The notes: generated by a model from the letters alone, not told the origin. A DNA stretch of 64,000 bases from an uncultured Christensenella sp. (GCA_964620655.1 CAZUJW010000004.1:18611-82610), one strand, 5' to 3'. Positions 46,014 to 56,052 are shown, counted from the stretch's first letter. Translations and numbers: made by a program.

Positions 46014-47812
46014 TGGAAGGGATAAAAGTAAGTTTACCAAAAATTTTGTTACCGCTGATCGCAATTACCTTTGCGATACTTTTTATTTTTGCGATTACCC
46101 CCGCCTTTTCGACGAGTTACGCCTACGGAGCAATCGGAGTATTTAAGGAAACTTACGAAACGGAAATTACGAAAACTTACGACGGGAATCCCGTTGAGAT
46201 AGATATAAAAGGTTCTTTATCCGACGGAGTAACTTACGTTTGGTATAAAAAAGGAGATACAGACTCGGTAGCTGCCGAAAGTTCGGTTCTGTCCGTCGTT
46301 TATCCTACCGAAAGCGGCGTATACTACTGCAAGGCTACGAAAGACGGCGTTGAAGAAACTTCTTCCGATATAGCGATAACCGTTAAAAAAGCGACTGCAG
46401 AAGTAAAAATCAACGACGTAACGACGGTTTACGGCGAAAAAGAACAGGCTCTTACTTACGAAAGGACGACTTCTCTTATAGGAAGCGACGCGGACGACGG
46501 CCTTAAAATTACCCTTTTCCGCGAAGCGGGCAAAACGGTCGGCGAATACAAAATTTCGGGCACGTCTTCGAGCGATAACTACGACGTAAAGTTCACGAAC
46601 GGCGTTTATAAAATAACGAAACGCAGGATATACGTCACAGTGGCTTCTCTCGACAGCGTTTATGGCGAACCGCTTAAAGAACTCCGTTTCGAAGCGGAAC
46701 AGGGAGGTGTTTTCGCAGCGGGAGAAAGTATCGACGACCTTAACGTCATTTTAACAAAAGAGAACGGTTCCGACGCAGGAAGGTACGCCATAACCGCAAC
46801 CTACGGCAACGACAACTACGACGTAAAATTCACGGTGGCGACCTACACCATTACGCCGAAAATTCTTAACTTCAGAGTAATCGGCTCGGAAAATCTCGTA
46901 TATAGCGGTTCTACTCCCGAAATAAGCTGCGAAATTGTGGGAGAAGAAGCGGAAGCTTCACACAAAATAATCTTGTCTTACGACAAAGCGGTGAAAAACG
47001 CGGGCGAATACGTAGGTTATGCGAGATTGACCGACAACAACTTCGCTTTCGTCAACGACGGAGAATTCGCTTTTTCCATAGCGAAAGCCCCCCTTAAAAT
47101 AGTCCTTTCCGACGTATCGTACACAAAATCTTCCGACGTGAAATTGAGCGACTGCCTTAATTATTACGGTTTTGTCGGCGACGAAAACGCCGAAAGCCTT
47201 AACGTAAGCCTTCGTGCCGACCTACCCGACATTCCGGGAGAATATTCGATAACTCCTTACGGGGCTACTCTCGATAACTACGAAATAACCTACGTCGCCG
47301 GAACGGTCTCCGTCTACAAAGGAAAACTTATCTCCGATTCGGGTACTCTCGTAGGGACGTTTATGCCCGAATGTTCGCTCAACGTTACCGAAAACGCAAC
47401 CAACGACGTAAACGGATACGATAGAATCGACAGACTGATAGTTCTTGCATACAAAATAGATGCGGAAGGCGGAATTGCGGGCAGTTATACCGGGGAAATA
47501 ACCCTTTCGAAAACGCCGCTTACTTTCGGTTTGCGTGCCTGCATAGTCGATTCCGACGGAGTAAAACACAAATTGGACGGCTTTTCCGTTTCTAACGGAA
47601 AACTTACTTTCGCGGCGGACAGCGAAGGAGTACTCGTACTTTACTACGACCTTCTTCTCCCTGCGATAATCGTACTCGTTATTTTACTCATAATAATAAT
47701 CGTGGTAATAAAGCGTTCTTCCGACGCAAAAAAATACAAAAAAGCGGCGGCTCTTGTGGAAACGGCGAAAAGTTATGCCGACGCGGCAAGGAATAATTTG
47801 CCGAAATACTGA
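46013..47812 (+). CDS. Surface protein with four MBG(YGX-type)-like repeats, signal peptide and C-terminal TM anchor (paralog of the preceding gene)
   Basis: ATG 46013 overlaps the upstream TAA (TAATG). Four units carry a VYGE...GEYKISGTSSSDNYDVKFTNGVYKITK type pattern (also GRYAITATYGNDNYDVKFTVATYTITP, GEYVGYARLTDNNFAFV, GEYSITPYGATLDNYEITYVAGTVSVYK). The C-terminal helix LLLPAIIVLVILLIIIIVVI is followed by KRSSDAKKYKK. Confidence 0.8.
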   Translation: MEGIKVSLPKILLPLIAITFAILFIFAITPAFSTSYAYGAIGVFKETYETEITKTYDGNPVEIDIKGSLSDGVTYVWYKKGDTDSVAAESSVLSVVYPTESGVYYCKATKDGVEETSSDIAITVKKATAEVKINDVTTVYGEKEQALTYERTTSLIGSDADDGLKITLFREAGKTVGEYKISGTSSSDNYDVKFTNGVYKITKRRIYVTVASLDSVYGEPLKELRFEAEQGGVFAAGESIDDLNVILTKENGSDAGRYAITATYGNDNYDVKFTVATYTITPKILNFRVIGSENLVYSGSTPEISCEIVGEEAEASHKIILSYDKAVKNAGEYVGYARLTDNNFAFVNDGEFAFSIAKAPLKIVLSDVSYTKSSDVKLSDCLNYYGFVGDENAESLNVSLRADLPDIPGEYSITPYGATLDNYEITYVAGTVSVYKGKLISDSGTLVGTFMPECSLNVTENATNDVNGYDRIDRLIVLAYKIDAEGGIAGSYTGEITLSKTPLTFGLRACIVDSDGVKHKLDGFSVSNGKLTFAADSEGVLVLYYDLLLPAIIVLVILLIIIIVVIKRSSDAKKYKKAAALVETAKSYADAARNNLPKY

Positions 47813-47847
47813 TTTTTTACCGAAAATATTATAAAAGGAGAGTCGGA

Positions 47848-48399
47848 ATGGAATTTTTTACTCAGTTCGGATTGCTGTTTACGAATATGCCGTGGTACGT
47901 CGCCGTATGTATCGCCTTAGGAATAGTTCTGCTCCTTATCGAAGTTTTCGAACCGGGGTTCGGGATATTCGGAATATCCGGTATAGTTCTGCTTGTCCTT
48001 AGTATAGTCTTACGCGCGGTTATAAGAAAACCCGAAGATAACCCTATCGCGCAGGTCTTTCAGATGCTGTTGCTGTTTCTTATAATAGGCGCGCTTTTAT
48101 TTATTCTTCTCGCTGTCGCGACGAAAAAAAATTGGCTTAGAAAAACGCCCCTTATCCAGTCGGGAACTGCCGTAAACGAAGACTTTTCGGACGGTACGGA
48201 AAACTTTTCCGCTCTCGTCGGGAAAGAAGGCGTCGCCGTCACCGATTTACGCCCGGCGGGCAAAGCCGAGATAGACGGCAAAATATACGACGTGGTCGCC
48301 GATAACTTTTTTATAAACGTGGGCGAAAATATAAAAGTAAATAACGTCGAAGGCTCTAAAATCGGCGTCGAAATAATCAAAAATAAAGGAAAGGAGTAA
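47848..48399 (+). CDS. nfeD: NfeD-family membrane protein
   Basis: Several N-terminal TM helices are followed by a C-terminal OB-fold segment, GKEGVAVTDLRPAGKAEIDGKIYDVVADNFFINVGENIKV. It lies upstream of floA, as in the B. subtilis yqeZ-yqfA operon. AAAGGAGAG RBS. Confidence 0.85.
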   Translation: MEFFTQFGLLFTNMPWYVAVCIALGIVLLLIEVFEPGFGIFGISGIVLLVLSIVLRAVIRKPEDNPIAQVFQMLLLFLIIGALLFILLAVATKKNWLRKTPLIQSGTAVNEDFSDGTENFSALVGKEGVAVTDLRPAGKAEIDGKIYDVVADNFFINVGENIKVNNVEGSKIGVEIIKNKGKE

Positions 48400-48405
48400 C
48401 AAATT

Positions 48406-49404
48406 ATGGTTTCTTTACTTGCTCTTAACGTTCCGCTTCTGGTTTTCGGAATAGTATTCGCGGTTGCTATCGTGGTAGCCTTTTTCGTAATCGTCCCCAT
48501 GTCCACCTGGTTCAGAGCCTTGGTTTCGGGAGCGTACATCTCGATGGGAAAGCTTATCGGTATGCGTCTTCGTAAAATAAAAATCGGAATGATAGTGGAA
48601 GCGTACATCACGGGTAAAAAAGCCGGGCTTAACATAAATATCGGCGAATTGGAAACCCACTATATGGCGAAAGGCGACGTGGTTAAGGTAGTAAACGCCC
48701 TTATTTCCGCCCACAGCGCGAATATAGAACTTTCTACCCGTACGGCTATGGCTATCGACCTTGCCGGACGCGACGTGCTTAATGCGGTAAAAGTAAGCGT
48801 AAACCCGAAAGTAATCGAAACGCCGGTAATAGCGGCTATTGCAAAAGACGGTATAGAACTTCGCTGTAAGGCGAGAGTAACCGTCCGCGCTAACATTTCT
48901 CGTCTTATCGGCGGTGCGGGAGAAGAAACGATAATAGCGAGAGTAGGCGAAGGTATAGTGACCACCGTCGGCAGTGCCATAACACACAAAGACGTATTGG
49001 AAAACCCCGACCGCATATCCAAAACGGTTTTACAAAAAGGTCTCGACAGCGGAACGGCGTTCGAGATACTCAGTATAGACATAGCCGACGTGGACGTAGG
49101 CAGAAATATAGGCGCTCAGCTTCAGATGGACCAGGCGGAAGCCGACAAGCGTATCGCTCAAGCCAAAGCCGAAGAAAGAAGAGCTATGGCTGTGGCTACC
49201 GAGCAGGAAATGAAGGCAAAGACTCAGGAAATGAGAGCCGTCGTAATAGAAGCGGAAGCGGAAGTCCCTAAGGCTATGGCGGAAGCTTTACGCAACGGAA
49301 AATTGGGCGTAATGGACTATTACAACATGCAGAATTTGCAAGCCGACACCAATATGCGTAACGCCATAAGCGGAACGGATAAGGCTGTTTCCGACAAAAA
49401 ATAA
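48406..49404 (+). CDS. floA: Flotillin-like protein FloA
   Basis: 332 aa. An N-terminal hairpin helix is followed by the SPFH-like core ([71 protein letters not shown]), characteristic of the FloA/YqfA family. Confidence 0.92.
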   Translation: MVSLLALNVPLLVFGIVFAVAIVVAFFVIVPMSTWFRALVSGAYISMGKLIGMRLRKIKIGMIVEAYITGKKAGLNINIGELETHYMAKGDVVKVVNALISAHSANIELSTRTAMAIDLAGRDVLNAVKVSVNPKVIETPVIAAIAKDGIELRCKARVTVRANISRLIGGAGEETIIARVGEGIVTTVGSAITHKDVLENPDRISKTVLQKGLDSGTAFEILSIDIADVDVGRNIGAQLQMDQAEADKRIAQAKAEERRAMAVATEQEMKAKTQEMRAVVIEAEAEVPKAMAEALRNGKLGVMDYYNMQNLQADTNMRNAISGTDKAVSDKK

Positions 49405-49664
49405 TGGCTGCCGTAAAAGAAGATAACAAAATAAAGCACGATCACCCCGCTTGTCAAGGCGGAGCGCATCGTCACGAAAAGGTAATTACGGGCGGTTCTG
49501 CCGGCGGAGCCGTCACCGAAGGGTGCATAGACCACTACGAAGACAGAATAGTCTACGAAGAAGAACCTATTACCGTACACGGAGAAGAGTTTTCTCGGCG
49601 GGAGTTAAAAAGATATATCGTCATGGGAGAAATTCTTTCCGCTCCGAAATGTAAAAGAAGGTAA
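49404..49664 (+). CDS. Small hypothetical protein co-transcribed with floA (position equivalent to B. subtilis yqfB)
   Basis: 86 aa. The ATG overlaps the floA stop (TAATG). The C-terminal ELKRYIVMGEILSAPKCKRR resembles the xI(V/I)xxEILxxPxxxR tail seen in small Firmicute proteins. Coding status is supported mainly by the operon position. Confidence 0.5.
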   Translation: MAAVKEDNKIKHDHPACQGGAHRHEKVITGGSAGGAVTEGCIDHYEDRIVYEEEPITVHGEEFSRRELKRYIVMGEILSAPKCKRR

Positions 49665-49666
49665 AA

Positions 49667-51163
49667 ATGAAAAGAAAAGCGGGCGTTTTACTTAACGTAT
49701 CTTCCTTCCCCGGAAAATACGGGATAGGCGGATTTTCGTCCGACGCGGAAAAGGTATTGGACGAATTCGCATCGATGGGAATAAAACTATGGCAGACTCT
49801 CCCCGTGACCGCTCTCGGCGCGGGCAATTCGCCTTACAGCGGAGTGTCGAGTTTTGCCGGCAACTACCTTTATATAGACCCCGAAAGGCTCGACGGACTC
49901 CTTACGGCGGACGAAGCGGCTTCTTTCCGCTACGGCGGAGATATTTACCTAACCGACTACGCTTTCGCTTCCGCAAAAAAACGTGAAGCGTTGGAACTTG
50001 CGTATCTCAGGATAGGACTTAAAGAAAGAGAAGGTATGGAAAAGTGCCTCGAAGACAACGCCTATTGGCTGCCCGACTACGCCGTATATATGACTCTCAA
50101 AGAAAAAAACGGCGGAGCTATGTGGTTCGACTGGGCGGACGAAGAGAAGTTCTATTCCGAAAAACTTTGCAAAAAGGTGAAAAAGGAAATGTCGGAAAGG
50201 TACTATTTTTACGTTTTCGAGCAGTACGTTTTCTTCTCGCAGTGGAAAAAAATTCACGATTACGTCGCAGGATACGGAATAGAAGTTTTCGGCGATTTGC
50301 CTATTTACGTAAACTACGACAGTTCCGACGTGTGGGCGCATACCGACTTATTCTTACTCGACAAGGAATTGCGGCGTAAAAAAGTGGCGGGAGTACCCCC
50401 CGATTATTTCGCAAAAGACGGTCAGCTGTGGGGCAATCCCCTTTACGACTACCAAAAAATGGCTCTCACGGGCTACAAGTGGTGGGTGGAAAGATTAAGT
50501 CACGCCCTTAAGCTTTACGACGTGGTAAGGATAGACCACTTCCGCGGACTGTACGAATACTGGGCGGTGGACGCCGACGAAACCACCGCAAAAAACGGCA
50601 AGTGGGAGAAAGGTCCCGATTTAGCTATCTTCAAAGAACTGAAAAAGAAGATAAAAAATCCGCAGATAGTAGCCGAAGACCTCGGAATAATCGACGACAA
50701 TATAAGAGATTTTCTTAAAAGAAGCGGTTTTTACGGCATGAGAGTGTTCCAGTTCGGATTCGACGGCGACGTCAACAACAAGCACCTCCCCCACGAATAT
50801 ATCCCCGAATGCGTGGCGTATACCGGTACGCACGACAACGACACTACCTTAGGGTGGTTACTTAGTCTTGACGAAAACACGAGAAAACAGGTGTTCGATT
50901 ACGTCGACTGCGACGACGGATACGGTTGGGCGAGCGGAGCGGGGTATTGCCGCGCGACCAAAGCGGTGATAAGGAGCGTACTTAGTAGCTGCGCCGATAT
51001 TGCGATAATACCAATGCAGGACTTATGCGGTTACGGGTCGGACACGAGAATGAACGTCCCCGGAAAAGCCGAAGACTGCTGGCGGTATCGTACCAACTTC
51101 GGAGCGATTAACGGAATAGACCGCGACTTCTTGCGGAAAATGATAAGGATATACGGACGTTGA
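49667..51163 (+). CDS. malQ: 4-alpha-glucanotransferase (amylomaltase, GH77)
   Basis: 498 aa. It contains GVLLNVSSFPGKYGIGGF, VRIDHFRGL, VAEDLG and YTGTHDNDT, which are GH77 signature blocks. Confidence 0.92.
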   Translation: MKRKAGVLLNVSSFPGKYGIGGFSSDAEKVLDEFASMGIKLWQTLPVTALGAGNSPYSGVSSFAGNYLYIDPERLDGLLTADEAASFRYGGDIYLTDYAFASAKKREALELAYLRIGLKEREGMEKCLEDNAYWLPDYAVYMTLKEKNGGAMWFDWADEEKFYSEKLCKKVKKEMSERYYFYVFEQYVFFSQWKKIHDYVAGYGIEVFGDLPIYVNYDSSDVWAHTDLFLLDKELRRKKVAGVPPDYFAKDGQLWGNPLYDYQKMALTGYKWWVERLSHALKLYDVVRIDHFRGLYEYWAVDADETTAKNGKWEKGPDLAIFKELKKKIKNPQIVAEDLGIIDDNIRDFLKRSGFYGMRVFQFGFDGDVNNKHLPHEYIPECVAYTGTHDNDTTLGWLLSLDENTRKQVFDYVDCDDGYGWASGAGYCRATKAVIRSVLSSCADIAIIPMQDLCGYGSDTRMNVPGKAEDCWRYRTNFGAINGIDRDFLRKMIRIYGR

Positions 51164-51648
51164 CGATAGTTTTTTTCACCGAAAACTCCGTAAAAAGCGA
51201 TGATTTTATCATTGCCGCTTACGAAAAGTATTGTAGTATCACGGGAAAGAAAATCTTCCACGCGACGGTGGACAGAACCGAACCTAAACCCCGAATTATC
51301 GGCGACGGCGGCGAAAAATTAGCGGAATTTTCTCTCTCGCACAGCGGAAAATACGTCGTTTGCGCTATGAGCGAAAAGCCGGTGGGAGTAGATATACAAC
51401 TTAAAAAAGAAACCCGTATCGAAGATATATCGGAAAGGCTTTTCAATAAAAAAATCACCGATAAAGACGACTTTTTCGACGAATTCAGTAAAGGGGAAGC
51501 CACGACGAAACTTTACGGAATACCCTTAGCCGACGGGTTACGGATACGCGAAGGGGAAACTTTCCGCATTTTCGACGGATACTCTTTCGCCCTGTGCGGC
51601 GGAGATAAACCGATTACGTTTAACGAGATAAAATATGAACAAACCTAA
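51160..51648 (+). CDS. 4'-phosphopantetheinyl transferase-like protein (short, Sfp-type C-terminal half)
   Basis: FSLSHSGKYVVCAMSEKPVGVDIQ matches the PPTase xSxSHSGxxxxCAxxxxPVGIDIE block. FDEFSKGEATTKLYGIPLADGL resembles the (W)xxKEAxxKxxGxGL block. Length is only 162 aa. The TTG start overlaps the malQ stop. Confidence 0.55.
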   Translation: MTIVFFTENSVKSDDFIIAAYEKYCSITGKKIFHATVDRTEPKPRIIGDGGEKLAEFSLSHSGKYVVCAMSEKPVGVDIQLKKETRIEDISERLFNKKITDKDDFFDEFSKGEATTKLYGIPLADGLRIREGETFRIFDGYSFALCGGDKPITFNEIKYEQT

Positions 51649-52234
51649 CTACGACAAACTTATGCGAGAGATTATCGACGGACTTACCGACAAGCCCGCT
51701 CTTTTCTTGCACAGTTGCTGCGCGCCGTGTTCTACCAAGTGTCTCGAAGACCTTTATCCTTATTTTAATATAACGGTGGTCTACTACAACCCGAATATAG
51801 ATACCGAAAACGAGTACTTGTTACGCCTTGCCGAACAAAAGCGGTACATAAAAGAAGTCTACGGCGACAGCGTAAAAATTATAGACTACGGTCACAGAAA
51901 GGAAGATTTCGACGAAATCGCAAAAGGCAAAGAAAATTTGCCCGAAGGGGGCGCAAGGTGTTTCGAGTGCTACCGCCTGCGCCTTGATAAAGCGGCGAAA
52001 GAATGTAAAAAAGACGACTATTTTGCCACGACTTTGACGGTTTCGCCCTTAAAAAACGCCGATAAAATAAACGAAACAGGCTTCGAACTTGCGAAAACTT
52101 ACGGCGTAAACTATCTCCCCACCGACTTCAAAAAACGGGAAGGATATAAGCGGAGCGTAGTTCTTTCCGCCGAACACGGGTTATACCGCCAGAACTATTG
52201 CGGTTGCGAGTTTTCCAAAAGAAACCCGTCTTGA
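51635..52234 (+). CDS. queH: Epoxyqueuosine reductase QueH (DUF208)
   Basis: It contains LFLHSCCAPCST, VYYNPNI, CFECYRLRL, TTLTVSP and YRQNYCGC, which are QueH cysteine motifs. Length is 199 aa. Confidence 0.9.
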   Translation: MNKPNYDKLMREIIDGLTDKPALFLHSCCAPCSTKCLEDLYPYFNITVVYYNPNIDTENEYLLRLAEQKRYIKEVYGDSVKIIDYGHRKEDFDEIAKGKENLPEGGARCFECYRLRLDKAAKECKKDDYFATTLTVSPLKNADKINETGFELAKTYGVNYLPTDFKKREGYKRSVVLSAEHGLYRQNYCGCEFSKRNPS

Positions 52235-52293
52235 ACGATTGGTATATTTATGTTAATATATAAATAGACAATTACACTCCACGGAGGAACGAT

Positions 52294-54633
52294 ATGACAC
52301 TTAACAAAAACCTTATTGCGGAATTCAATTCCGCCGCCGACGAAAGAAGCAGCATAGTCGAAGACGGATACAGAATAACCGTTCTTACCGAAAGGCTCAT
52401 AAGGCTCGAACGGGGCAGAAACAGGCATTTTTGCGACGGAGCCACGCAGTCTGTGTGGTTCAGAAACTTCCCCTACGTCCCGTACACGGTCGAAGACCTG
52501 GGCGGTTCTTACGTAATACGCACTGCGATAAGCGAGTTCGTTTTTTTGAAAAAAAGCCGAGTTTTCGTAAAAATAGCCGTTGACGGACAGGAGCTTTCCA
52601 CTTTCGACAAAGGAAACTTAAAAGGAACCTGCCGTACCGTGGATATGCGTAACGGCGCGGTAGCTCTTTGCGACGGGGTTATTTCCCGCACGGGGGTAGC
52701 GTACCTTTCAGATAAGAGTATGGCTCTCGGCACCGACGGCAAGGTAAAGGAAAGAACCGTCGATTCCGACGTGTACGTTTTTGCGTACGGTCACGATTAC
52801 CGCGCGGCTTTACGCGATTTTTACTGTCTTTGCGGCAAAGTACCCATGATGCCCCGTTACGTTTTGGGCAACTGGTGGAGTCGCTACCGCGCTTACACGC
52901 AGGAAGAGTACATTTCGGTAATAGACAAGTTCGCCGAAAAAAATGTTCCTCTTTCGGTAGCTACCGTGGATATGGATTGGCATTGGGTAAATATAGACAA
53001 AAAGTTCGGAGAAAAGTTCCCGAACAAATATTTTTGGCTCAGTTCCGGCTGGACGGGTTACAGCTGGAATACAGACCTTTTCCCCGACTATAAAGAGTTT
53101 CTTAAAGACCTTCACGAGAAAAATTTACGCGTCACTCTCAACTTGCACCCGGCAAGCGGCGTAAGGTGGTTCGAAGATAGTTACGAAGCTATGGCGAAAG
53201 CCGTCGGCATCGACCCGAAAACGAAACAAACGGTAAAATTCGACCTGTCCGACGACAATTTTATAAACGCCTACTTCGATATACTGCATCACGGTTACGA
53301 AAAGGACGGCGTTAATTTCTGGTGGATAGACTGGCAACAGGGCAAAAAGAGTACCGTAAAGGGCTTGGACCCTCTTTGGGCTTTGAACCACTTACATTAT
53401 CTCGACAATTGCCGCGACGGCAAAAGGGGAGTTATACTTAGTCGCTTTGCGGGAGCGGGAAGTCACCGCTATCCGTTGGGTTTTTCGGGCGACAGCGTGG
53501 CTACCTGGAAGAGTCTTAACTTCCAGCCCTACATGACTTCCACCGCCGGCAACATCGGCTACGGGTGGTGGAGCCACGATATAGGGGGGCATACTTTCGG
53601 AATATACGACGACGAACTGTATCTCCGTTGGTGTCAATTGGGCGTGTTCAGCCCCGTCAACCGTCTTCACAGCACGGCGCACGACTTACAGGGGAAAGAA
53701 CCGTGGCGGCACTGCGAAACGGTGGAAAAAATTACCGAAGACTTCTTACGCCTGCGACACAGATTGGTACCGTATATCTACACCGCTATGAAGAACGCTT
53801 CCGACTACGGAACTTCGTTATGCGAACCGCCTTATTACAATTACCCCGAATGCGACGGAGCGTACAAAATAAAGAACGAATATTTCTTCGGGTCCGAGCT
53901 TTTGGTCTGCCCCGTCACGAGCAAGAGATTAAAATCGCTCAACATGTCAAGAACCGACGTTTGGGTGCCCGAAGGAAGATATACGGATTTCTTTACAGGC
54001 AGAATATACAACGGCGGACGGATAATATCCATGTTCAGAGATTTGGAAAATATACCCGTTCTTTGTAAGGAAGGAGCTATTATTCCTTTATCCGACGACG
54101 GCGTAAATAACGGTTGCGACAATCCGACTAAGTTTGAAGTCCTTATTTATCGCGGCAACAACGCTTACTCTTTATACGAAGACGACGGCGAAAGCAACGA
54201 TTACTTGGACGGCGAATACGCCTACACCGATTTTACCGTGTCGGAAGAAAACGGCAAAATCACCTTTACCGTTTCCGAACCCCGTTACGGCAAAGAGAAC
54301 GGAAAGTTCGCTCTTCCCGAAAACAGAACCTACCGCCTTACTTTCAAAGATATATCGGGCGGCGAAGTTAAAATAAACGGCGTACTATGCGACGGAGAAA
54401 TTATCATAAAAAGCGGCGACTCGGTAGAAATAACCGGCTACGAAGTCGCGAAAAATCCCGAACCGTTCGACGAAGCGAAGAGAATACTAAGTAGGGTTCA
54501 GGGCAATACCTTAATGAGAATGATAAAGTATTCCGGTATGGGCAAGATTGCCGACGAAACTATCTATCTCGACAAGATAAGAAAGCGGTTCGGCAAAAAC
54601 GTTTATCTCGCGGCAAAAGAAGTTTCCGAATAG
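52294..54633 (+). CDS. Glycoside hydrolase family 31 protein (alpha-xylosidase/alpha-glucosidase-like)
   Basis: 779 aa. It has a TIM-barrel block VATVDMDWHW, the DGVNFWWIDWQQG (nucleophile region) and RYPLGFSGD motifs, and the C-terminal beta-sandwich motif YSLYEDDGESNDY typical of GH31/DUF5110. Confidence 0.85.
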   Translation: MTLNKNLIAEFNSAADERSSIVEDGYRITVLTERLIRLERGRNRHFCDGATQSVWFRNFPYVPYTVEDLGGSYVIRTAISEFVFLKKSRVFVKIAVDGQELSTFDKGNLKGTCRTVDMRNGAVALCDGVISRTGVAYLSDKSMALGTDGKVKERTVDSDVYVFAYGHDYRAALRDFYCLCGKVPMMPRYVLGNWWSRYRAYTQEEYISVIDKFAEKNVPLSVATVDMDWHWVNIDKKFGEKFPNKYFWLSSGWTGYSWNTDLFPDYKEFLKDLHEKNLRVTLNLHPASGVRWFEDSYEAMAKAVGIDPKTKQTVKFDLSDDNFINAYFDILHHGYEKDGVNFWWIDWQQGKKSTVKGLDPLWALNHLHYLDNCRDGKRGVILSRFAGAGSHRYPLGFSGDSVATWKSLNFQPYMTSTAGNIGYGWWSHDIGGHTFGIYDDELYLRWCQLGVFSPVNRLHSTAHDLQGKEPWRHCETVEKITEDFLRLRHRLVPYIYTAMKNASDYGTSLCEPPYYNYPECDGAYKIKNEYFFGSELLVCPVTSKRLKSLNMSRTDVWVPEGRYTDFFTGRIYNGGRIISMFRDLENIPVLCKEGAIIPLSDDGVNNGCDNPTKFEVLIYRGNNAYSLYEDDGESNDYLDGEYAYTDFTVSEENGKITFTVSEPRYGKENGKFALPENRTYRLTFKDISGGEVKINGVLCDGEIIIKSGDSVEITGYEVAKNPEPFDEAKRILSRVQGNTLMRMIKYSGMGKIADETIYLDKIRKRFGKNVYLAAKEVSE

Positions 54634-54731
54634 GAGTTTTCCGCAAAATAAAGCCGAAAACGGCGGTCGGGAAGTAATCTTAAATTAGGCTTTAAGGTTT
54701 TCCGATAAAAATGTGAATTGTTCATTTATTA

Positions 54732-54760
54732 TTGCATAAAGTAATATAATGTGATAAAAT
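54732..54760 (+). promoter_or_regulatory. Candidate promoter for the alcohol dehydrogenase gene
   Basis: TTGCAT (54732-54737), 17-nt spacer, TAAAAT (54755-54760). Confidence 0.4.
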
Positions 54761-54800
54761 AACAATAATTTTAGTGAATTCGTAAACTATGGAGGTTTAT

Positions 54801-56024
54801 ATGAACGTATTTTTCAAAGCGTATTGCAGAGTGTATCAATTCGTGATGAAGTGTGCTATGCCTTTGCTGCGCATGCGCGAACCCGAAAGAGTTCAGGGAC
54901 TTGACAAACTTGCCGAACTTATCGAAAAACAGGGCAAAAAGTCCGTACTCATCGTTACCGACGACGTACTCCACAACAAACTTCACCTCATCGACGGTCT
55001 CAAAGAAGATTTGGCTAACCGCGGCGTTAAGGTAAGCGTGTACGACAAGACCGTACCCAACCCCACTATCGACAACATTAACGAAGCGTACGAAGTATAT
55101 AAAGAAAACGACTGCGAAGGCATCGTGGCTTTCGGCGGCGGTTCTCCCATGGACTGCGCTAAGGGCGTGGCTTGCAGAGTAGCCAACCCGAACAAGACCA
55201 TTCCGCAAATGAAAGGCGTGCTTAAAGTCGGACACGGAAAACGTTTCCCCGACGTATACGCCGTACCTACCACCAGCGGAACGGGCAGCGAAGCCACTTT
55301 GGCTGCGGTAATCAGTAATTCCGAAACCAAAGAAAAATACCCTATCGAAGATCCCGTCATCATACCGAGATACGCCGTGCTCGATCCCAATCTTACCGTA
55401 GGACTCCCGCCCCATATCACTTCTACTACCGGTATGGACGCTCTTACTCATGCGGTTGAATCTTACATAGGCTCGGAAAACACCGATCTTACTATAGACA
55501 GAGCGATTAGGGCTACCAAGCTCATCTTCACCTGGCTCGAAAAAGCGTATAACGACGGACACGACCTTAAAGCCCGCGCTTATATGCAGGACGCTTCCTA
55601 TATGGCGGGCGTTGCGTTTACCCGCGCTTACGTCGGCAACGTGCACGCTATGGCTCACGCTCTCGGCGGTTTTTACCACACTCCCCACGGCTTAGCCAAC
55701 GCGGTAATTCTTCCTTACATACTCGACTTCTACGGAGAAAAGGCTGCGGTTAAACTCGCCGAACTTGCCGACTGCGTAGGAATTAAAGGCGCAAGCGCTT
55801 CCGAAAAGGCTAAGAAGTTCGTTCAGGAAATCAAGGATATGAACGCAAGAATGAACATCCCTACCTATATCGACGGAATAAAGGAAGAAGATATCCCCGT
55901 AATGGCGGAAAGAGCTTACAAGGAAGCAAACCCGCTCTACCCCGTACCAGTGATTATGTCCAAACAAGACTTTATCGACATGTATCACAAGATTATGAAG
56001 CCCGTCGAAAACGCCGCCGAATAA
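54801..56024 (+). CDS. Iron-containing (group III) alcohol dehydrogenase
   Basis: It contains GGGSPMDCAKG, PTTSGTGSE, and the metal-binding DALTHAVE and HAMAHALGGFYHTPHG motifs. GGAGG at 54791-54795 favours ATG 54801 over the track start at 54789. Confidence 0.9.
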   Translation: MNVFFKAYCRVYQFVMKCAMPLLRMREPERVQGLDKLAELIEKQGKKSVLIVTDDVLHNKLHLIDGLKEDLANRGVKVSVYDKTVPNPTIDNINEAYEVYKENDCEGIVAFGGGSPMDCAKGVACRVANPNKTIPQMKGVLKVGHGKRFPDVYAVPTTSGTGSEATLAAVISNSETKEKYPIEDPVIIPRYAVLDPNLTVGLPPHITSTTGMDALTHAVESYIGSENTDLTIDRAIRATKLIFTWLEKAYNDGHDLKARAYMQDASYMAGVAFTRAYVGNVHAMAHALGGFYHTPHGLANAVILPYILDFYGEKAAVKLAELADCVGIKGASASEKAKKFVQEIKDMNARMNIPTYIDGIKEEDIPVMAERAYKEANPLYPVPVIMSKQDFIDMYHKIMKPVENAAE

Positions 56025-56052
56025 TCGCTTATACCGAAAAGCGGAAAAAAGA

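Noticed and set aside
54708-54726. A Rex/CRP-type operator (tgtgaattgttcat) upstream of the alcohol dehydrogenase gene
   Set aside because: The half-site spacing and the right half-site do not fit TTGTGAA-N4-TTCACAA or TGTGA-N6-TCACA. Only the left half matches.
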